Assembly (NCBI GenBank): GCA_951812955.1 | Contig: OX638340.1 | Span: 1,600,001 to 1,664,000 of the forward strand | Reading direction: 5' to 3' | Source: an uncultured Gemmatimonadota bacterium | GTDB lineage: Bacteria; JAAXHH01 | Length of the DNA: 64,000 nucleotides | Shown: piece after piece, positions 58,454-64,000 of the stretch | Layout: the number at the start of each line of letters is the position of its first letter | How positions within the stretch are numbered: position 1 is the first letter of the stretch | Translations under genes and position numbers: made by a program | The notes under the pieces: generated by a model | The model's input: only the letters and a program-made list of their open reading frames with translations | The model's database searches: none | What the model was told of the DNA's origin: nothing

Positions 58454-61400
58454 CTATCCCTTGCCGCCATTCACGCCCACGGGAACCGCATCGCGTGCGG
58501 CTTCCACGGGATGGCCATTGGTCTTCGCTTCTTCCTTCGCCCTGGTGGCCATCTCCTCCAGTGCGCGGCGATAGTCGACAGGCATGACCTTGACGAAAGC
58601 ACCCTGGAGTTCGGACCAGCGGGCCAGCACGTCCTCGCCGCGGTCGCTTCCGGTATGCCGAACATGGGTTTCGATCAACCCGCGTACCTCGGCGATGTCC
58701 TCGCCATCCACGAGGGGTTCGAGGTCCACCATCTCATGGTTGCACAGTCCGGGGAAGACGCCCTTCTCGTCGAGTACGTAGGCGACGCCGCCGCTCATGC
58801 CCGCGGCGAAGTTGCGCCCCACCGGTCCGATGACGACCACGCGTCCGCCGGTCATGTACTCGCAACCGTGGTCGCCGATGCCTTCTACAACGGTCTCGGC
58901 GCCGCTGTTCCGCACGGCGAAGCGCTCGCCGGCGCGTCCGCGGAAAAAAGCCTGGCCGCCGGTGGCGCCGTAGAGGGCCACATTTCCGATTATCACGTTC
59001 TCGGTGGGCACGAACCCCGCGTTCTCCGGGGGGAAGATCGCCAGGAGTCCGCCGGACAGTCCCTTGCCCGTGTAGTCGTTCGATTCGCCTTCCAGCAGGA
59101 AGGAGATGCCGGGGGCCAGGAAGGCGCCGAAACTCTGTCCTGCCGATCCGTGCAGTCTGACGCGTATCGTATTCTCCGGCAGGCCCTCTTCGCCGTGCCG
59201 GCGCGACACTTCGGCGCTGAGCATGGCGCCCGTAGTACGGTCGATGTTGTTGATCGCGTGCCGCAGCACCACGCGCTGGCGGTCCTCGAGGGCTTCCGTC
59301 GACAATTCGATGAGCCGCTGATCGAGCTTCTTTTCCAGGCCGTGGTCCTGACTTTCACAGCAGTAGCGCGCGACGCGGTCCGGGGCGTCGACGGGTTCGA
59401 GCATCCGGGTGAAATCCAGTCCTTTCGCCTTCCAGTGGTCGATGGCTATGCGTGTATCAAGACAGTCGGTGCGCCCCACCATCTCGTTCACCGTCCGGAA
59501 ACCCAGCTGGGCCATCTGCTCCCGCATCTGCTCGGCGATGAACATCATGAAGTTGATGACATGCTCCGGCTGGCCCGTGAAGCGCTTGCGCAGCTCCTCG
59601 TCCTGCGTGGCCACGCCGACTGAGCAGGTGTTCAGATGGCACTTGCGAAGCATGATGCATCCGCTGACCACCAGGGCGGCCGTGGCGAAACCGAACTCCT
59701 CGGCGCCCAGCATGCAGGCGATGATCACGTCGCGGCCCGTCTTCAACTGGCCGTCGGTCTGCACCACGATGCGGCCCCGCAGGTCGTTCTGGACCAGCAC
59801 CTGCTGCGTCTCGGCCACGCCCAGTTCCCAGGGCACGCCCGCGTGCTTCATGGACGATTCGGGCGAGGCGCCCGTGCCGCCGTCATACCCGCTGATGAGG
59901 ACCACGTCGGCCTTGCCCTTGGATACGCCGGCCGCGACCGTGCCCACGCCCACTTCGGCTACGAGCTTGACATGGATGCGGGCCCGGTCGTTGGCGCTCT
60001 TCAGGTCGTGGATCAGCTGCGCCAGGTCCTCGATGGAATAGATGTCGTGATGGGGCGGCGGCGAGATGAGGCCCACGCCCGGGGTCGACTTGCGCACGCG
60101 CGCGATCTCTTCGAAGACCTTGTGGCCCGGCAGCTGTCCGCCTTCGCCGGGCTTGGCGCCCTGGGCCATCTTGATTTGAAGGTCCGTTGCGTTGACCAGG
60201 TAGTTGCTCGTCACGCCGAACCGGCCCGAGGCCACCTGCTTGATGGCGCTGTTCCGCCAGTCGCCGTTCTCGTCCGGGTAATAACGGTCCGGGTCCTCGC
60301 CCCCCTCGCCCGAGTTGCTTCGTCCGCCGATGCGGTTCATGGCAATGGCCAGGGTCTCGTGGGCTTCCTTGCTGATGGAGCCGTAGGACATGGCCCCGGT
60401 GGAGAACCGCTTGACGATCTCCGAGGCCGGTTCCACCTCTTCGATCGGCACCGGGGGTTGGACCTGTTTGTACTCGAAAAGGCCCCTTAACGTGCCCAGC
60501 AGCTTCGTTTGCTCGTCGATCTGGTCCGTGTACTGCCGGAAGAGTTCGTAATCGCCCGTGCGCGTCGAAGACTGCAGCAGCGCGATGGTATGGGGGTTGA
60601 AGAGGTGGTGCTCGCCGTCGCTTCGCCACTGGTAGTAGCCGCCCACGTCGAGTGTCTGACTGTCCGCCACCGGGCGGTCCGGATATCCGTAATGATGGTG
60701 TTCCCGGTACTCCGCTTCGATTTCCGGCAGGCCGATGCCTTCGATGCGGGACGCGGTCCAGGTGAAGTACTTGTCGATCACCGACTGCTTCAGGCCGATG
60801 GCCTCGAATATCTGCGCGCCGTGATAGGACTTGATCGTCGAAATGCCCATCTTGGACATGGTCTTCAACACGCCCTTGCAAAGGGCCTTGAGCAGGTTCT
60901 CCTGCGCCTCTTTGCCGTCGATCGGCGCGTCGATCAGGCCGTCGATGTTCATCCACTCCACCGTTTCGAGGGTCAGGTAGGGGTTGATCGCGTTGGCCCC
61001 GTAGCCAATGAGCAGGCAGAAGTGCATGACCTCCCGCGGTTCGCCCGATTCCACGACGATGGCCGCGCTGGTCCGCAGTCCTTCGCGGATGAGGTAGTGG
61101 TGGACGGCTGCAGTGGCCATAAGACTCGGTATCTGGACCTGGTCCGGACCCACGCCCCGATCCGAGAGGATGAGCAGGGTCGCGCCCCGGTCCCGGATGG
61201 CCCGGCCCGCCTCGCGGCATAACTCGTCTACGGCCGTTTCCAGGGCGCCGGGCGCGTCGGACCGCTTGAACAGGGCCGGCAGGATCTCTGTTTTCAGGCC
61301 GGGTCTGTCAAGACCGCGTATGCGCGCGAGTTCGCCGTTGGACAACACCGGCCGCGCGATGCGTAGCTGGCGGCAGTGTTCGGGCGTTTCGGCAAAAAGG

Positions 61401-63046
61401 TCCTGTTCCGGACCGATGGATGTATCCACGGACGTGACCAGTTCCTCACGGATGGCGTCCAAGGGCGGGTTGGTCACCTGGGCGAAAAGCTGCTTGAAAT
61501 AGTGGAAGAGCAGTTGCGGCTTGTTGGACAGGACGGCCAGTGGAGCATCGTTGCCCATGGATCCGATCGGCTCCGCGCCCGTGGCGGCCATGGGGCCGAT
61601 GAGGATCTTCAGTTCCTCGCTGGTGTAACCAAAGGCGCGCTGCTGTTCCTCCAGCGTTGCCAGGTTCAACTGCGGCACGTCATCGGGTTCCGGCAAGTCG
61701 TCCAGATTCTCCATGTGCTCCGACAGCCATGCGCCGTAGGGCCTGTGCGTACTGATCTCGTGCTTGATTTCCTCGTCGGTGATGATGCGTCCACGGATCG
61801 TGTCGATCAGGAACAGGCGTCCGGGCTGCAGCCGGCCGCGGGTAAGGATGCGTTCAGGCGGGATCTCCAGCACACCGGCTTCCGAGGCACCCACGACGAA
61901 ACCATCCTTCGTCACCACGTACCGGAAAGGCCGCAGTCCGTTGCGGTCGAGCGTGGTGCAGATCCGGTCGCCGTCGCACGCCGCGATCAGCGCCGGACCG
62001 TCCCACGGTTCCATGAGGCAGGCGTGGTAGGCATAGAAAGCCTTCTTCTCCTCCGACATGGACTCGTGGTTCTCCCAGGCCTCGGGAATCATCATCATCA
62101 ATGCGTGGGGCAGAGACCGACCCGTGGCGACCAGCAGTTCCGCCGCGTTGTCGAACCCGGCCGTGTCGCTGGCGCCTTCCCGGATAATCGGGCTCAGCTT
62201 TTTCATGTCGTCGCCGAACAGCGGGGACGCAAAGAGCGCTTCCCGTGCGCGCATCCAGTTCTGATTGCCGCGGATCGTGTTGATCTCGCCGTTGTGGCAT
62301 AACAGACGGTAGGGATGGGCCAGCCGCCAGGAGCCCAGTGTATTCGTGCTGTACCTGGAATGAACCAGCGCCAGGGAGGTAACGATCGATTCGTCGGAGA
62401 GGTCGCGGTAGAAAGAATCCAGTTGGTCCGCCCGCAACAGGCCCTTGTAGACGATGGTCTTGCTCGACAGGCTGGCGATGTAGAAGTCGTCGCGGTTGTC
62501 CTCGGGGAGCTTCGCGTCCACGGCGTTTTCGATGACTTTCCGGACCACGTAGAGCTTGCGCTCGAACTGGTCCTGGTCCGCCGCCAGGTCGCCCCGGCCG
62601 ATGAAGAACTGCCGGATAAGCGGCGATACCTGCGTGGCCAGTTCACCGGCCTGAGTGAAATCCACCGGCACGTCGCGCCAGCCCAGGAAAACCTGATCTT
62701 CCTCCCAGACCGTCTTTTCGATCGCCCGCTCGCACCAGCGACGGTGCTCGGCTTTACGCGGAAGGAAAACCATGCCGACGGCATAGTCGCCTGCATCGGG
62801 AAGGGACATGCCGCCCAGCCTGCACTGCCTTTTGAAAAAGGTGTGGGGAAGCTGGAACAACAGGCCCGCGCCGTCACCCGTATGGGGATCGCATCCGCAG
62901 GCCCCGCGATGCTCTAAATTGACCAGGACCCGGATGGCGTTGCGAATGATGGCGTAGGACTTCTCGCCGTTCAGATTCGCGACGATACCCACGCCGCACG
63001 CATCGTGCTCGTAGGCCGGATCGTACAACCCCTGGGGCTTTTTCAT
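58454..63046 (-). CDS. gltB: Glutamate synthase large subunit
   Basis: The N-terminal Ntn amidotransferase domain begins ...[12 protein letters not shown] (catalytic Cys). FMN and 3Fe-4S regions and a GXGXG C-terminal domain are present. The ATG at 63046 (MKKPQ...) is preferred over the track's TTG start at about 63091. Confidence 0.95.
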   Translation of the reverse strand: MKKPQGLYDPAYEHDACGVGIVANLNGEKSYAIIRNAIRVLVNLEHRGACGCDPHTGDGAGLLFQLPHTFFKRQCRLGGMSLPDAGDYAVGMVFLPRKAEHRRWCERAIEKTVWEEDQVFLGWRDVPVDFTQAGELATQVSPLIRQFFIGRGDLAADQDQFERKLYVVRKVIENAVDAKLPEDNRDDFYIASLSSKTIVYKGLLRADQLDSFYRDLSDESIVTSLALVHSRYSTNTLGSWRLAHPYRLLCHNGEINTIRGNQNWMRAREALFASPLFGDDMKKLSPIIREGASDTAGFDNAAELLVATGRSLPHALMMMIPEAWENHESMSEEKKAFYAYHACLMEPWDGPALIAACDGDRICTTLDRNGLRPFRYVVTKDGFVVGASEAGVLEIPPERILTRGRLQPGRLFLIDTIRGRIITDEEIKHEISTHRPYGAWLSEHMENLDDLPEPDDVPQLNLATLEEQQRAFGYTSEELKILIGPMAATGAEPIGSMGNDAPLAVLSNKPQLLFHYFKQLFAQVTNPPLDAIREELVTSVDTSIGPEQDLFAETPEHCRQLRIARPVLSNGELARIRGLDRPGLKTEILPALFKRSDAPGALETAVDELCREAGRAIRDRGATLLILSDRGVGPDQVQIPSLMATAAVHHYLIREGLRTSAAIVVESGEPREVMHFCLLIGYGANAINPYLTLETVEWMNIDGLIDAPIDGKEAQENLLKALCKGVLKTMSKMGISTIKSYHGAQIFEAIGLKQSVIDKYFTWTASRIEGIGLPEIEAEYREHHHYGYPDRPVADSQTLDVGGYYQWRSDGEHHLFNPHTIALLQSSTRTGDYELFRQYTDQIDEQTKLLGTLRGLFEYKQVQPPVPIEEVEPASEIVKRFSTGAMSYGSISKEAHETLAIAMNRIGGRSNSGEGGEDPDRYYPDENGDWRNSAIKQVASGRFGVTSNYLVNATDLQIKMAQGAKPGEGGQLPGHKVFEEIARVRKSTPGVGLISPPPHHDIYSIEDLAQLIHDLKSANDRARIHVKLVAEVGVGTVAAGVSKGKADVVLISGYDGGTGASPESSMKHAGVPWELGVAETQQVLVQNDLRGRIVVQTDGQLKTGRDVIIACMLGAEEFGFATAALVVSGCIMLRKCHLNTCSVGVATQDEELRKRFTGQPEHVINFMMFIAEQMREQMAQLGFRTVNEMVGRTDCLDTRIAIDHWKAKGLDFTRMLEPVDAPDRVARYCCESQDHGLEKKLDQRLIELSTEALEDRQRVVLRHAINNIDRTTGAMLSAEVSRRHGEEGLPENTIRVRLHGSAGQSFGAFLAPGISFLLEGESNDYTGKGLSGGLLAIFPPENAGFVPTENVIIGNVALYGATGGQAFFRGRAGERFAVRNSGAETVVEGIGDHGCEYMTGGRVVVIGPVGRNFAAGMSGGVAYVLDEKGVFPGLCNHEMVDLEPLVDGEDIAEVRGLIETHVRHTGSDRGEDVLARWSELQGAFVKVMPVDYRRALEEMATRAKEEAKTNGHPVEAARDAVPVGVNGGKG

Positions 63047-63535
63047 ATAAAAATGGCCCTTGAATCGCACCCTTTCGGTTGCGAAAATCAAATACGGGAA
63101 CGCGATTTCCAGTTTCTCAATTCAAACCGGAGTACTGGAATAACGTTGATTCGCAATAACAGACACGGTTACTTGAAGGAGGAAAAGAGAGGAAGTCCGT
63201 TATCCGTACTTGCACCAAAATTCCGGTTGAAACCCTGTATATAACCCGTGCGATCAAGTAAGTAAAGTAGAAAATCGACCACTTGGCCTCATTTGAGCCT
63301 TCAGACGACCCGTTAAGACTTTCATGCGATTCAGAATAGCTATAAACGCAACCCGGGTTCATGTTTGCGTTCAATTTCTGGATTGGAACGGTTGTTTTCG
63401 TAGTTTTTGCGCGAAGGATGCAACAAAAACCAGGCACATTCACGGCACGTTTGCTGGACAGAAGTTTCTGGAATGAATCCGCTAATAAAAAATGCCCGGG
63501 AAAAAGAAACGCTTGAACGGTAACTAATCCAAGCC

Positions 63536-64000
63536 ATGAGCATCCTCTCCCTTAGCGACCTTGAACTGCGCGGCCGGCGCGTCCTCGTCCGGGTGGACTT
63601 CAACGTGCCACTCGATGAAGACGGTGAAATCACCGACGACACGCGCATCCGTGCGTCGCTGCCCACGCTGCAGCACATCCTGGACAACGGCGGCAGGGCT
63701 GTCCTGATGACCCATCTCGGCCGGCCAAAGGGAGTCACAGAGAACCTGCGGTTGGGGTCTGTGGCAGAAAGGCTATCCAGACACCTGGGACGCCCAGTCG
63801 GCTACGTGGGGGAGACGGTCGGGCCAGCGGCCGGGAATGCGTCGGAAGCGCTTAAGGACGGAGAATGTCTACTACTGGAGAATGTCCGGTTTAACGACGG
63901 GGAGACCCGGAACGATCCGGATTTTGCGCGAGAACTGGCTGCCCTGGGCGACGTCTATGTCAATGACGCCTTCGGCACGGCCCACCGCGCCCACGCGTCC
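63536..64000 (+). CDS. pgk: Phosphoglycerate kinase (3' partial, runs off the right window edge)
   Basis: MSILSLSDLELRGRRVLVRVDFNVPLD...LMTHLGRPKG...AFGTAHRAHAS are Pgk N-terminal signatures. 155 codons in frame with no stop, which is why it is absent from the ORF track. Confidence 0.9.
   Translation, partial: MSILSLSDLELRGRRVLVRVDFNVPLDEDGEITDDTRIRASLPTLQHILDNGGRAVLMTHLGRPKGVTENLRLGSVAERLSRHLGRPVGYVGETVGPAAGNASEALKDGECLLLENVRFNDGETRNDPDFARELAALGDVYVNDAFGTAHRAHAS

Noticed and set aside
58511-62917. Multiple 200-445-aa ORFs on both strands inside the gltB span
   Set aside because: All overlap the 1,531-codon gltB frame, which carries unambiguous GltB signatures. They are GC-driven open frames.
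63340-63738. 132-aa minus-strand ORF
   Set aside because: Antisense to the pgk N-terminus (MSILSLSDL...RVDFNVP), which is the true gene running off the window.

Overview
This is a high-GC (roughly 63-66%) bacterial chromosomal segment, densely coding on both strands with mostly housekeeping genes. The short primary sigma factor (286 aa, Bacteroidota-type SigA/RpoD) points to an FCB-superphylum organism, for example Rhodothermota or Bacteroidota-like; this is an inference. Core genes recognised: gltX, uvrB, a divergent sigA / hsp20-dnaK heat-shock locus, amtB-glnK, gltB-gltD, dapF, a ybdK-type carboxylate-amine ligase, tpx, the pgk 5' end at the right edge, two tandem tRNA-Ser genes and one tRNA-Asn. 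There are two complete ABC importers: an Fe3+/thiamine-type (SBP-ATPase-fused permease) and a carbohydrate-type (SBP-MalF-MalG-MalK). An ABC-2 exporter pair is also present. Accessory content includes three paralogous PhyH-family Fe(II)/2OG dioxygenase genes in different neighbourhoods, three toxin-antitoxin loci (RHH/RelE, RHH/MazF, a minimal nucleotidyltransferase) sitting in AT-richer pockets, and a T4-endoV-like pyrimidine-dimer glycosylase. A 928-aa Ig-like + plant-type LRR + novel repeat lipoprotein lies next to tRNA-Asn, and a small membrane protein is built from 11-residue repeats encoded by 33-bp DNA tandem repeats. Several unexplained non-coding repeats and palindromes are noted, most notably tandem TGCCAA-T-TTGGCA palindromes in the sigA/hsp20 divergent region. 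No CRISPR array, rRNA or obvious transposase/integrase is seen. Many long ORFs in the six-frame track are antisense or alternate-frame artefacts of the high GC and are rejected.
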